From an uncultured Clostridium sp. (lineage in GTDB: Bacteria > Bacillota > Clostridia > TANB77 > CAG-508), in the NCBI GenBank assembly GCA_947575605.1, contig CANPNZ010000003.1:41665-105664 (forward strand): a stretch of 64,000 nucleotides of DNA, in the 5' to 3' direction. A program made the position numbers and the translations under genes. The notes under the pieces are model-generated. The model searched no databases, was not told the DNA's origin, and saw only the letters and a list, made by a program, of their open reading frames with translations. This document shows positions 20,617 through 31,793 of the stretch, one piece after another; the first letter of the stretch is position 1, and the number at the start of each line of letters is the position of its first letter.

Positions 20617-21752
20617 GGCAAGTTTTGGTGGGATTGGGACAGGCACAAACTAACCATCTCTCTTGTTCCTATTTTCTTTCATATAAGCTCTTTGTATCAT
20701 TCTAATATTAATTCCTAATATTCTTGCCATTTGAGGTTGTGTTACACCTTGAAATCTTCTAATTTTTTGTATAATTTCATCTCGATAGTCTATATTATAT
20801 TTTTGTATTTCTTGAATATTATAGATTCCTAATTTTTCCTTTATAAAATAGATTACTTCCTCATCTGTTAATCTTTTTTTTATTTCATATTCTAACAATT
20901 CGGCACTTTCTTGAAATTTAAAACTTTTTCTATTATATTGAAAAAACTGTTTTTTAGCTTGTTCTTTTGCTGGTGAAAATATTTCTAGAACTTCATTTGT
21001 ATCTACTATTCCATCTTCCTTTTTTAGATTTTCTTCCTCAAAATATTCTAAATAACTACTCCACTTGTATTTCTCCATTTTACTAATACCAGCTTTTATG
21101 GGATTTTGATGAATATATCTAACTAAATTTAACATATAATAGGTATTTTCAACATTTTTGCTTTGGAATCTATTTTCAAATAGATGTCCTACTCTTCTAT
21201 ATTTTCTATTAAAATAATTGGCATAGCTAGTTGCTATACTATGGATAATTTGAGATACTCTTTGACTTTCATCTTTGATTTCTAAATGAACATGATTTGG
21301 CATTAAAACATATGAATATAATTTATATAAAAAATTGTTTTTTGTTTTCCTAATAATATTTTGAAATTCTAAATAATCTTGTTTATCAAAAAAAATGTCT
21401 TGTTTGTTAATTCCTCGCAGCATACAATGATATATACTACTATGGCTTTTCCTTCTGGGTTGTCTTGGCAATCTTTAACCTCCTTTAAAATGTTTAATAT
21501 TGATACCATAAATAACTATCTTCTATGAAAAGTTCCTCCTTTTAATCAAACTTTCCTATAATATAAAAAAGTATAACACATTTTTATCTATTTTGCTATA
21601 CTTTTTTACATTTATTTACATTTTTAATTTATCTACTCTCAATCTCCACTTAAATAGGTAGTTTTCACTATTTAATTTATTCCTATGGCTAGTTTGTGCC
21701 TGTCCCAAATTAGCCAAAAATGGTCAACTTGTGCCTGTCCCAATCCCGCCAC
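20617..21752. mobile_element. REPtron: RayT-like Y1 transposase gene bracketed by inverted family-D REP copies
   Basis: Left: GGTGGGATTGGGACAGGCACAAACTAACC. Right: GGCTAGTTTGTGCCTGTCCCAAATTAGCC and CAACTTGTGCCTGTCCCAATCCCGCC, in the opposite orientation. Confidence 0.7.
20650..21471 (-). CDS. REP-associated tyrosine (Y1, HUH) transposase, RayT/IS200-like, with a C-terminal HTH
   Basis: LMPNHVHLEI (HUH) and VRYIHQNPIKAGI (catalytic Tyr region). TTG start preceded by AAAGGAGG. Confidence 0.8.
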   Translation of the reverse strand: MPRQPRRKSHSSIYHCMLRGINKQDIFFDKQDYLEFQNIIRKTKNNFLYKLYSYVLMPNHVHLEIKDESQRVSQIIHSIATSYANYFNRKYRRVGHLFENRFQSKNVENTYYMLNLVRYIHQNPIKAGISKMEKYKWSSYLEYFEEENLKKEDGIVDTNEVLEIFSPAKEQAKKQFFQYNRKSFKFQESAELLEYEIKKRLTDEEVIYFIKEKLGIYNIQEIQKYNIDYRDEIIQKIRRFQGVTQPQMARILGINIRMIQRAYMKENRNKRDG

Positions 21753-21760
21753 GTGCCTAA

Positions 21761-23722
21761 CTAACCATATAATTTTTCTAAAACGATAACAAACATAGCA
21801 TGAGACCATCCAAGACCCAAAACCCAATTGGGTTGTAACGTATTATTATCTACTTGTTCTCCTAAAAAGTTATGCTTTCCTGCTGTTTTTACAACAAAGT
21901 CAAATGTTTCCTTCGCTTTTTTCTTTTCCCCTGTTTCTAAGTAATATAATGTCATCCACAAATTAGCAATTGGCCATGGATTTCCATTTCTATAATGGTC
22001 TCCTTCAAATCTTTGGTAGCCTCCTGTGTAAGTTCTTAAAGATAAGTTGATTCTTTCTACGGTATTTACGATTTTCTTTTCTTTTGGTTTAAAAACATTA
22101 AAGGGGATTACACTCCCTATTATGCTAATGTCCATCTTTTCATCTTCTGTGTTTCTTAAATACGTTTTCTTTTCTTCATCATACATATTTTCATTGATAT
22201 ATTTTTTGATTTCGACTTGTAATTTTTCTAATTCTCGTTCACTTTTTATTATCTTCTCATCTTTTAAACGATTTTTTTCAAAATCAGAAGTTTTGTCTCC
22301 TAATACTCTATAAATTTTCATGATGCACTCAAAAGCAGCATAAATGCTTGCTAACGAATATAAATGAATTCCTTCGCACATTTCCCAAAGGTCATAACTC
22401 ACATGATATTTATGTTCTTGATGATTTCTGTTTTCTTCTATTTCTTGTTGTACTTTGTCCTTATCATGCTCATCTTGTCCACTTATAGATAACCAATCTT
22501 GTACATATCCTTTCAAGAAATTTACCGCTTTTTCACACATTTGTAAATTGTCTTTTAAAAATTTCTCTGATTTAGTATATTGATAATGCTCATAAATACC
22601 ATAGACAACACTTGCTGTTTCATCAATTTGATACCCCCAAGCTGGTGCTAATTTTCCATCTGTAAAAAATCGTTGTTCCCACATACCATTTTTACTCTGG
22701 GTTCTTTTACAAAATATCTTATAAAATTTTTCTGTTTCTTTATCCATCTTAAGAATATCTAAAGCTTTTGTCATAAATACAGCATCTCTTGTCCAACAAT
22801 AAGCATATCTTCCACATTGTGTGAAATTTTCATCTACTTCGGCTGAAGCAATAATTCCTCCTGTTTCTGCATTGGTTAACAGTGGAAATAATAAAATACT
22901 TCTTTTGTAGATGTCATAAATTTTCTCTTCATAGCTATTTTCTGACTCTTTTAAATCTAATCCATTATGTGTTTTTACATATTTACGCCAATAGGATTTT
23001 GTATCTGTATATTCTTTATGTAAGTCAATTTTCTTAATCCTTTCAATTTCCGCTTCCATTTGTGATATGTTTTTATTTTCTCCAATGGCAATACAAATTT
23101 CTAATGTTTTCTTTTCTTGCGGATGAATGATTCCTAAATCATAGCAAATGCTCGTGTCATTTGACATTCCAATGTAATCTTTATCATAAATTTCTCCTCT
23201 TTTGATGGTTTCTTTGCTACCATTGATTTGATGTTTTGAAAGTTTATGCCCTTTAGCAAAAGTCGAAAATGTGAAATCATGAGCATATTGCATCATACCA
23301 CCATCTATTATTTTACAACTTACATGATTATTATAATCTGACAACAATTCAGAATGGATATAAAAACTTGTATTCAAATCAATTTTTCCTTCATTTAAAA
23401 AGATGTATTTCTTAACTAATACATTTTCTTTTATCATCACATAATCTGTTTGAAGAATTTTTAAATTAAAATACGTATTTGTTATTTCGGTATTTAATAT
23501 ATTGGTATCTGTATCATAATATTGTTTGTAAATATTATTGATATCATCGTGTAAATAGATCAAATCTGAATGATTAATTTTTACACCTGTATGGAAATAA
23601 TCCAAGTATTGCCTATTATCTTTACTTGGGAAATAGATTCTTTGTATTTCTCCTTTCCCTGTAAATGTCGCTAACATATTTTTATTACCTATCATTGCTT
23701 CATTAAAATACTTATTTTCCAT
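21761..23722 (-). CDS. Glycoside hydrolase family 15 (glucoamylase/glucodextranase-like)
   Basis: YCWTRDAVF, FLGEQVD and LGWSHAMF motifs; 653 aa. Confidence 0.8.
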   Translation of the reverse strand: MENKYFNEAMIGNKNMLATFTGKGEIQRIYFPSKDNRQYLDYFHTGVKINHSDLIYLHDDINNIYKQYYDTDTNILNTEITNTYFNLKILQTDYVMIKENVLVKKYIFLNEGKIDLNTSFYIHSELLSDYNNHVSCKIIDGGMMQYAHDFTFSTFAKGHKLSKHQINGSKETIKRGEIYDKDYIGMSNDTSICYDLGIIHPQEKKTLEICIAIGENKNISQMEAEIERIKKIDLHKEYTDTKSYWRKYVKTHNGLDLKESENSYEEKIYDIYKRSILLFPLLTNAETGGIIASAEVDENFTQCGRYAYCWTRDAVFMTKALDILKMDKETEKFYKIFCKRTQSKNGMWEQRFFTDGKLAPAWGYQIDETASVVYGIYEHYQYTKSEKFLKDNLQMCEKAVNFLKGYVQDWLSISGQDEHDKDKVQQEIEENRNHQEHKYHVSYDLWEMCEGIHLYSLASIYAAFECIMKIYRVLGDKTSDFEKNRLKDEKIIKSERELEKLQVEIKKYINENMYDEEKKTYLRNTEDEKMDISIIGSVIPFNVFKPKEKKIVNTVERINLSLRTYTGGYQRFEGDHYRNGNPWPIANLWMTLYYLETGEKKKAKETFDFVVKTAGKHNFLGEQVDNNTLQPNWVLGLGWSHAMFVIVLEKLYG

Positions 23723-23951
23723 TTTTAATTCATTCCTTTTTTTTGGTTACCAATAGTTCCGTTTTCAATGGTTTCAGGGTTTTCGGCAAGTTTACAAATG
23801 CCAATAGTTGCCTGCAAATTATCCTATTTTTAAAATTATTGGATAATGTATTTACATGCTTCTCTTTGAATTTATTGCACAATTTTTATTTATTTCTTAG
23901 GATAGTTAAACGTGTCCCAAAAACATCAAAAGGGATAAGTTGTGTGTGGAT

Positions 23952-24084
23952 AAATTGTGCCTGTCCCAAATTAGCCAAAATGGGTCAATGGGAGTCTGTC
24001 TCAAATCATCTCAAAATGGTTAATTAATGCCTGTGGTTAATTCGTGCCTGTCCCAAACTCGCCATCCCAAACTCGCTACTAACC
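23952..24084. repeat. Cluster of three to four family-D REP copies in direct orientation
   Basis: TTGTGCCTGTCCCAAATTAGCC, GGGAGTCTGTCTCAAAT (degenerate), TTCGTGCCTGTCCCAAACTCGCC. It ends in CTAACC, which supplies the stop of the 24079 gene. Confidence 0.85.
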
Positions 24085-25742
24085 ATCTATTACATTTATA
24101 ATTTGTTTTTCTAAATCTTTTATTTTCTCATTAATTCTAAAGATATCCTCATCTTTTAGTTTTTCATCATCTATGTCTTGTCTTACATAAGTGTCCATAT
24201 CTTTGATTTCTTCTTTTAATTTTTCTAATCGTTCTATGACTTCATGCCTTATGGTTTTTGTTATTTTTCTTTCTATTTTGTGTGTCATTTTTATCTTTTC
24301 TTCGTTTTCTTCTATGGCATTTATTTCATAGGTTTCGCCAAATTCTGGTACGGTTACCCCAATTCCTGTGTCTTTTTCGATTTTTTCTTCTAGCACTTTT
24401 TGTGCTTCTGCTTCTCCATGTACTAAGAAGATATGTTTTGGTTTGTTGATGAAAGAATAGATAAAGTTCATTAATCCTTCTTGATCGGCATGTCCAGAAT
24501 ATCCTTCGATGTACTCAATTCTAGCATTTACAGCTATTTCTTCTCCGAATATTTTTACTTTTTTAGCGCCATTTACAATGCTATATCCTAAGGTTCCTGG
24601 TGCTTGATACCCAACAAAAAGGATGGTGGATTTTGGATTCCATAGGTTATGTTTTAGATGATGTTTGATTCTTCCTACTTCACACATTCCGACTTGCTGA
24701 TATAATGATACTTGGCGTACTATCTTCATTTAATGCTTTTGATTCATCGGCTGTTTGCGTGAATTTTAATCCTGGAAATTCAAGTGGATTGTCTCCTTGC
24801 ATAATTTCTTCTTGGATTTGTTCTTCGAAAAGATTGGTATTTTCTCTGAATACTTCGGTTGCTGATATTGCCAATGGGCTATCTACATATACATTGGATT
24901 TCATTAATGTTTTGTATTTTCTTCTGAATTCGTCATCGTCTTTAATCTCTTTTAATTTATTGATTTCATATAAAATCTCTTGCGTTCTTCCGTACCGCAA
25001 AGGATGGAATGACAACACTACCTTCGTTATCTAAGGTTTCTGATACAATGTCTAAAAATAGCTCCGCTTTTTCATCATTTCTTAAGTGTAGTCTACTTCC
25101 ATAGGTGGATTCCATGACTAAATAGTCTGCACTTTCTATCATGGTTGGTGAATCTAATAACGGAATATCATTATTTCCTAAGTCTCCCGTAAATACTGTT
25201 TTGGTTTCTTTTCCGTCTTCCTTTGTCCATAATTCTATAATACTAGATCCTAACATATGACCTGCATCATTAAATCTTACATGGATATCTTCTGTGATTT
25301 CTATGATTTCATCATATTGTACTGGTTCTAATATTTCTAACGATCTTGCTGCTTCTTCTGCTGTATATAAAGGAGCTACTTCCTTTTCTCCTTTTCTTTT
25401 CCTTTTTTTGTTTTTCCATTCGTTTTCCATCTCTTGTATATGTCCACTGTCTGGTAACATTAAGGCACATAGGTCACAAGTTGCTTTATGGGCATATATT
25501 TTGTTTTTATACCCTTCTTTATATAATTTGGGAATTCTTCCTGAATGATCAATATGAGCATGTGTTAATAACATAAAGTCTATTTCAGTTGGATTAAATT
25601 CAAATTCTTCTGCATTTTGTGTTTCATATTCTGCTTTTCCTTGCCACATTCCACAATCTACTAAAAATTTCTTTCCGCAAGCTTCTACTAAAAAATTTGA
25701 ACCAGTAACGGTTTTGGTTGCTCCTAAAAATGTAATTTTCAT
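24079..25742 (-). pseudogene. MBL-fold beta-CASP RNA-metabolising hydrolase (RNase J/CPSF-like), split into three ORFs by two +1 breaks (24691, 24992)
   Basis: HAHIDHSG in the N-terminal ORF. Junctions restore ...IPSFAV|GRTQEILYE and ...IIISAS|GMCEVGRIKHHLK, both conserved beta-CASP segments. Confidence 0.85.
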
Positions 25743-25834
25743 CTACCTTTTCTTCCCTTCTTTTTTATTTTTTAAGTACTCTTCTTTTGCTTTCGTATCA
25801 CTTTTTGCTTATTAATCTAATCATACACATTATA

Positions 25835-27418
25835 TTAATTAAATAGCTTTACTTTTTTATTTAATTTTAAAGATATTTCTTTTTTGTCAAATCCCCACAT
25901 ATTTTCAATCTCAATTTTTTCTTCTAATACATCCTCATCAAATACTTGTACATAGTAGCGATTTTGTTCTTTCGTTACCCTAATATATAGATTCTCTAAA
26001 TTGATGATTCTGACATGAAATATATTTTTTGCAATTTGATAATCTATTTCTTTTTCTTTGGAAAAAGCATCCCATAATTTTAATTCATGAGCTTTGTTAA
26101 TCAGTAGCATTTCTACTTCTTCCCTTTGAGACTTCATCACTTCTACTTCGCCAATTTCTTGGCTATCATTAAATGGCAATAAACAGTAATACCTGAATTC
26201 ATAGATACATTTCATTAATTCTTGTTTGGTATCTATGTGGGCTATTTTCTTTTGATAACATAGTAAAAACGCTTTTTGAAATGCTAATATGCTATTGATG
26301 ATTTCTTTTTCTATATCTTTGATGTCTAACCATTTTAGATATTTTTCTTTTCTTTCTAATTCTTTTTTTATTTTGACAAATTCTTGTGGATTTAGCAATT
26401 TGTTTAATCTTTCTAATCTTTTTAGTTTTTCTTCTCTTTCTTTGGCCATCATTTGAGATAAAATTCTTACACTAAAAATTTTTTCTTGTAGTGGTAAGTA
26501 TTCATTTCTTTTTTCGTATTCTTCTTGTAACAGTTTTCTATTATTTAATGTTTCATCCATTCGTTTAATATCTTTTGTTAATTCTCTTTTTTCTTGGGTT
26601 ATCTCTTGTATAAAATTTTGATTATTTCTTATTTTTCCTAATTTCTTTTCTACTTCTACTTTTTCCTTTTGCAATCTATTTTTTAGTTTGGGATTGTATC
26701 TAATTGCCAATAATACTGATATTTTATTTAAAAGCTTTAGAATATTTTGTTGGTGTTCTTTTCCATATTGTTCTTCTAATTTATCCTTAAAAGTTTCCAT
26801 ATAGTCTATCATATATTCTTTATTTTGAATCCAATGGTTCAAAAAATGCTGTCCTACTAATATTCTAATATTTTGATATACGATATTGTGTTTGATACTT
26901 TCTATTTCTCTTGGAATAGTTGTCCAAGAATACCCATTAAAATCACGCATTGGTTCGACGGTATCTATGTTATTTCCTACATTAATTAAATCAGACAATG
27001 TTCTGTCAATGATTGAATATTTGTCTTTTATGATGGTTTCTTTTTTATCTATTTTTGCTATACAATATAATAACTTTCTTTCCAGTGGATAACATATAAT
27101 TCTTTTTTTATTTTTTTCTACTAAGAATGTTTTGTTTCCTAACATTTCACATTCTTTGGTGTTTAATTTCACAACTTTTATATCCTCACAATTTTTTTGG
27201 ATACTATTAATGATGGATTGAATAAAATTTTCTTTGTTTTCCACATTGGGCTTCACTTTTTCATAGTCCTTATAGGCTGTTTCAATTTTATATAAAATAC
27301 TAAGTAGTATACTTTTAGTATCTTCATGAAACGCCTTTTTTTCAAGGACTTTTTCAAGTTCATTATTATAATCCTTTTTTACAATTTTATCGAAAAATTT
27401 TTCTGTCTTCTTTTGCAA
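25835..27418 (-). CDS. Hypothetical coiled-coil-rich protein (527 aa)
   Basis: Long uninterrupted ORF; no motif recognised. Confidence 0.6.
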   Translation of the reverse strand: MQKKTEKFFDKIVKKDYNNELEKVLEKKAFHEDTKSILLSILYKIETAYKDYEKVKPNVENKENFIQSIINSIQKNCEDIKVVKLNTKECEMLGNKTFLVEKNKKRIICYPLERKLLYCIAKIDKKETIIKDKYSIIDRTLSDLINVGNNIDTVEPMRDFNGYSWTTIPREIESIKHNIVYQNIRILVGQHFLNHWIQNKEYMIDYMETFKDKLEEQYGKEHQQNILKLLNKISVLLAIRYNPKLKNRLQKEKVEVEKKLGKIRNNQNFIQEITQEKRELTKDIKRMDETLNNRKLLQEEYEKRNEYLPLQEKIFSVRILSQMMAKEREEKLKRLERLNKLLNPQEFVKIKKELERKEKYLKWLDIKDIEKEIINSILAFQKAFLLCYQKKIAHIDTKQELMKCIYEFRYYCLLPFNDSQEIGEVEVMKSQREEVEMLLINKAHELKLWDAFSKEKEIDYQIAKNIFHVRIINLENLYIRVTKEQNRYYVQVFDEDVLEEKIEIENMWGFDKKEISLKLNKKVKLFN

Positions 27419-27459
27419 AATTTTTCTCCTTTCAAAAGGGATTGAGCATTCTTCCTAAA

Positions 27460-27750
27460 GGTTGCCATTAATTCCGGATTTAACTTGCCATTGGTTCCAG
27501 GTTTAAATGGCAACTAATAAATTCTTATTATTTAGATTGTATGTTATATAAAAAAACAGTGACGCGCAGTTTGGAAGGACTCCTATTCATACAGAACAAA
27601 TAGATTAACTTTTCTACTTATGAAATATATCTAATGCCTTTATATGATTCGTTCGACCAGTAAGGAACGAAATTTTTATATATCATACAATCTAATAAAA
27701 AATAAACGAAAGATTGCCAAAAAGGTCCGTCCCCAATGGCACAGTGGCCA
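27460..27750. repeat. Composite nested palindrome: F-type hairpin, AT-rich inverted arms, E-type REP
   Basis: GTTGCCAT...ATGGCAAC; TTAGATTGTATGTTATATAAAAA / TTTTTATATATCATACAATCTAA; TTGCCAAAAAGGTCCGTCCCC. Confidence 0.75.
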
Positions 27751-27755
27751 CTTTT

Positions 27756-30233
27756 CTAAGATGCTTCGCCTTCTCCCTGTCCCATCTTCAATTCATTCCA
27801 TCTATCTAGGGTCATAAGAACTTCTCTTGGTTTACTTCCTTGATAGCCAGAAATAACGCCTCTTTCTTCCATTTGATCGATAATTCTTCCTGCTCTTGCA
27901 TAACCAACTTTAAACCTTCTTTGGATAAAGGATGTAGACGCTTGTCCTGTTTCAATTACCGTTTGAATGGCTTCCATTAAAAATGGATCGGTATCGTCAT
28001 CTTCTGTTGCTTCTCCCGTTATTTCTTTCTCTGTTTTGTTACTATTTTCTATACTTTCTAAGATATCTTCACTATAAGTTGCTGTACCATTTGATTTAAC
28101 AAAGTCTACTATTTTTTCTACTTCATCATCTGTTACAAATGCACCTTGTACTCTGGATGGTTTTGGTGCTCCTGATGGGAAGTATAGCATATCTCCTTTT
28201 CCTAATAACTTTTCTGCTCCTACACTATCTAAAATGGTCCTAGAGTCGACTTGAGAAGATACGGCAAAAGCAATTCTGGATGGTACATTGGCTTTAATTA
28301 ATCCTGTAATGACATCTACGGATGGTCTTTGTGTGGCAATTACCAAATGCATTCCTGCTGCTCTTGCTTTTTGTGCTAATCTACAAATGGCATCTTCTAC
28401 ATCATTTTTAGCTACCATCATTAAGTCTGCCAACTCATCAACAATGATAACAATTTGTGGTAATTGTCCTAATTCTTCGTCATTTTCAATGGCTTTGTTA
28501 TATCCTTTTAAATCTCTTACCCCTTTTTCTGCAAATAGATTATAACGATTGTCCATTTCTTGTACGGCCCATGCTAAAGCTCCTGCTGCTTTTTTTGGAT
28601 CGGTTACAACTGGTATCAATAGATGTGGTATTCCGTTATAAACGGATAATTCTACTACTTTAGGATCTACCATAACAAACTTAACTTCACTTGGTTTGGC
28701 ATGATAAATAATACTCGTAATAATCGTATTGATACATACACTCTTTCCTGAACCAGTTGATCCTGCAATTAGAACGTGTGGCATTTTCGCAATATCTGCC
28801 AATTGTACGTTTCCTGCTACGTCTTTTCCTAAGGCAATTGCTAATTTCGAGTCATTCTCTCTAAATACATCGCTATCTAAAACTTCTCTTAAGTGTACCG
28901 CTTCTCTCTCTGTATTTGGTACTTCAATTCCAACCGCTTGTTTCCCTGGTATGGGTGCTTCAATTCTAATTGTCTCTGCTGCTAAATTAAGGGCAATATC
29001 ATCTGCTAAATTTGCAATTTTACTAACACGTACTCCCTCTGCTGGTTTTAACTCATATCTGGTAATAGCTGGTCCTACGGAAACATTTTCTACTTTTGCG
29101 GATACCCCAAAACTATGTAATGTCTTTTGTAATTTGGCTGCTGTATCAGTTAAGGCTTTGGCTCCTCCTTTTAGAGATTTTTTACTTGGCTTTCCTAAAA
29201 TTTCTAATGGTGGGTATTCGTAATGTTCGTCTTCTACTGTCATGGCATGTTCTAATTGTAAAACCGCTTTGGTTTTATCTTCTTTTTCTTCTTCTACATT
29301 TTTAAATAGATTACTTTCAATCACATCTGGTTCCATTTCTGGTATGGTGTCATCTATTTCTGGTACTTGCATTTTTCTTTTTTCTTGTTTTCCTTTTAAT
29401 TTAGACTGCTTTGTTAATGGTTCTAAATCATCTTGACTATGGTCATATTTCTGTAATCCACTGTTTTCTTCATCTGTATTGTCTACAAATCTTCCACCAA
29501 AATTGATTTTGATTTGTTCTTCCATTGCTGCCTTTTCTTGTTTCGCTAGTTGTTTTTGCACAAGTCTTTCTTCTCTTTCTCTTCTTCTACGTTCAGCTGG
29601 CGTTTCTTTTTCTTCTTTTTCCATCTGTTTACGCATTTCTTCTCTTCGTGCTAATCTTTCTTCTTTTCTTTCTTCTGCTCCTTCTACCATTTTATTAATG
29701 ATTTCTGACATGTTAATTCCAAAAGTAAATACAATCAATACAAATGCTATCCCTAAACAAAGAATAATGGCTCCCATATCGCCTAGTAATTTATTGAGAG
29801 GTACTGCTCCACAGGCTCCAATGGCTCCTCCCCCTTTACTTTGCGAACCTAAAGTATACGCATCTTTGACTACTTCGGATAATTCTTTATTGTTTTGTAA
29901 TTCTCCTGATGAGATCTGAAATACACTAAATACAATACAAAGACTTACTAATAATATTCCATATTGGATTAGTTTAGCCTTTAATTCTTCACTTCCTTCT
30001 GATGCCAATTTAATGGCTATTACAAATATACCAATTGGTAATACGTATTGTATCATTCCTAGCATACCACCTAATATTTCATTTAATTTTACACCAATTA
30101 CGCCAGATTTTGTATAAATTAGTACCGCTAGTAAAATACTAATTATAATCATAACGACTACTGTCATATCTGCTTTAGAAGCTGTACTTCTCTTTTTTTT
30201 ATATCTTCGTTTTTTTGCCATTTTTTGCACCAT
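27756..30233 (-). CDS. ftsK: DNA translocase FtsK/SpoIIIE
   Basis: N-terminal TM helices, acidic/basic linker, GSTGSGKS Walker A, C-terminal gamma wHTH; 825 aa. Confidence 0.93.
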   Translation of the reverse strand: MVQKMAKKRRYKKKRSTASKADMTVVVMIIISILLAVLIYTKSGVIGVKLNEILGGMLGMIQYVLPIGIFVIAIKLASEGSEELKAKLIQYGILLVSLCIVFSVFQISSGELQNNKELSEVVKDAYTLGSQSKGGGAIGACGAVPLNKLLGDMGAIILCLGIAFVLIVFTFGINMSEIINKMVEGAEERKEERLARREEMRKQMEKEEKETPAERRRREREERLVQKQLAKQEKAAMEEQIKINFGGRFVDNTDEENSGLQKYDHSQDDLEPLTKQSKLKGKQEKRKMQVPEIDDTIPEMEPDVIESNLFKNVEEEKEDKTKAVLQLEHAMTVEDEHYEYPPLEILGKPSKKSLKGGAKALTDTAAKLQKTLHSFGVSAKVENVSVGPAITRYELKPAEGVRVSKIANLADDIALNLAAETIRIEAPIPGKQAVGIEVPNTEREAVHLREVLDSDVFRENDSKLAIALGKDVAGNVQLADIAKMPHVLIAGSTGSGKSVCINTIITSIIYHAKPSEVKFVMVDPKVVELSVYNGIPHLLIPVVTDPKKAAGALAWAVQEMDNRYNLFAEKGVRDLKGYNKAIENDEELGQLPQIVIIVDELADLMMVAKNDVEDAICRLAQKARAAGMHLVIATQRPSVDVITGLIKANVPSRIAFAVSSQVDSRTILDSVGAEKLLGKGDMLYFPSGAPKPSRVQGAFVTDDEVEKIVDFVKSNGTATYSEDILESIENSNKTEKEITGEATEDDDTDPFLMEAIQTVIETGQASTSFIQRRFKVGYARAGRIIDQMEERGVISGYQGSKPREVLMTLDRWNELKMGQGEGEAS

Positions 30234-30308
30234 CCTTTTGTTCGATTTTATAATAGAATTGATTTTAAATTCCTTAATAAACGCCTACTCTTCCTATCTT
30301 TTTCCCTA

Positions 30309-30410
30309 TGCCAACGGTTTCAGGTTTATTTGGCAACTTTTCAATTATCATCCTTTTTCCCTGTATTACTAACTAAAAAAGTTGCCAAATAAACCCAGAA
30401 CCGTTGGCAA
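30309..30410. repeat. Family-F palindrome (33-nt arms)
   Basis: TGCCAACGGTTTCAGGTTTATTTGGCAACTTTT ... AAAAGTTGCCAAATAAACCCAGAACCGTTGGCA. Confidence 0.8.
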
Positions 30411-30421
30411 CTATTACTTTT

Positions 30422-30925
30422 CTATTTTAATTCTTTTCTACTATTTTGTATCGTTTTTATCGTATCTTCTAATGAAAGTTGCATCAAGTTTAATGCTTCT
30501 GACATATTATTTTCTAATTTGGCTAATGTATTGTTTAACACTTCTTCTGTATTTAATAATAATGTATCTGCATATTCTTTGGTCCCTTTTGATATTTCTC
30601 TTGACATTTCATTGGCTGTTTCTATAATTTCTGTTTTTTGGTCATATGCTTTTCTGGTTATTTCATGTTCATCTACCATAGCTATAATCCTATTTTCTGC
30701 TTCTTTTACAATACCATCTGCTTCTTTTTGAGCTTCTACCAAAATACGTTGTCTTTCTTCTTTGACCCATTTTGCTTGCTTTAATTCATCGGGAAGCTTA
30801 ATACGTATTTCTTTGATTAAATCTAACATTTCCTCCTTATCTACTATACCTTTTGAAGAAAATGGTACATTTTTACTTGTTTCTAATAATTCCTCTAACG
30901 TTTCTAATATTGTAAATATTTCCAT
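30422..30925 (-). CDS. Hypothetical coiled-coil protein (167 aa)
   Basis: ORF with a 3-nt gap to rsmD. Heptad-rich, with no catalytic motif. Confidence 0.55.
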   Translation of the reverse strand: MEIFTILETLEELLETSKNVPFSSKGIVDKEEMLDLIKEIRIKLPDELKQAKWVKEERQRILVEAQKEADGIVKEAENRIIAMVDEHEITRKAYDQKTEIIETANEMSREISKGTKEYADTLLLNTEEVLNNTLAKLENNMSEALNLMQLSLEDTIKTIQNSRKELK

Positions 30926-30928
30926 GGT

Positions 30929-31489
30929 TTACCCCTTTCTTTTTTGGCTCAAGAAGATAAGATGTGCTCTTCCATATTTTCTTTCATCCATGATTTCTAT
31001 TTCTAACGTTTCTAATTGTTCTTTTACTTTTTTGGGTTGATCGGTTTCAATAATTATCATACTATCTTGTTTTATTAATTCATTTTCTAATATTATTTTT
31101 ACGGCTTGATAGGCATAGTTCGTTTCATAGGGTGGGTCGATAAAAATAATATCTAACTTTTCTTTTATTCTCATTTTTAATACTTCTTCAAAATTAGCTT
31201 GGTATAATTCTACTTTTTCTTCCATATGTGTTTTTTGTATATTTTTTTGGATGATTTCAACGGCTTGTTTTGATTTGTCACATAAAATTGCTTTGCTAAC
31301 ACCTCGACTAACAGCTTCTAGCCCACAAGCTCCACTTCCTGAAAATAAGTCTAAAAAGATAGCTTCTTGCAGTTTATATTGAAGAATATTAAATAAGGAT
31401 TCTCTTACTCGATCTAATGTTGGTCTTGTATTTTTACCTTCTAATGTATATAGTTTGGTTCCTTTTGCTTTTCCACCTATTATTCTCAT
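30929..31489 (-). CDS. rsmD: 16S rRNA (guanine966-N2)-methyltransferase RsmD
   Basis: MRIIGGKAKG..., LDLFSGSGACGLEA and IFIDPPY motifs. The internal ATG at 31489 fits homolog length. Confidence 0.85.
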   Translation of the reverse strand: MRIIGGKAKGTKLYTLEGKNTRPTLDRVRESLFNILQYKLQEAIFLDLFSGSGACGLEAVSRGVSKAILCDKSKQAVEIIQKNIQKTHMEEKVELYQANFEEVLKMRIKEKLDIIFIDPPYETNYAYQAVKIILENELIKQDSMIIIETDQPKKVKEQLETLEIEIMDERKYGRAHLIFLSQKRKG

Positions 31490-31793
31490 AATCTTGCCTT
31501 TCTTTGCTATTCTTATTTTATTCTTTTTTGAGATAATGTCAATAGTATTTACTGAAATGTAACATACATTTAACAGTTCTGTAATATACTTCCTACATTG
31601 TAACATTTTTCTATTTTAAATTGGGTAAAGCATCAATTATGTTAAGATTTTTGACAATTTGTTTCGATTTAAAAATTATTCTGTTGGATTATATCCATTA
31701 TCAAGTTGAATTGCTTTTTTATATAATTTGTAAATATTTTTTCTAAAAATAAAAAACCACCTATTTTCATAGATAGTTCTCATTTGTATATAT

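Noticed and set aside
28729-29223. Plus-strand ORFs of 60-164 aa lying antisense to long minus-strand genes. Examples: 7852-8277, 28729-29223, 29479-29919, 36450-36941, 47084-47551, 62748-63164.
   Set aside because: Each sits opposite a gene with clear catalytic motifs. Their translations are S/F/L/I-rich low-complexity strings typical of shadow frames in AT-rich DNA. No RBS was seen.
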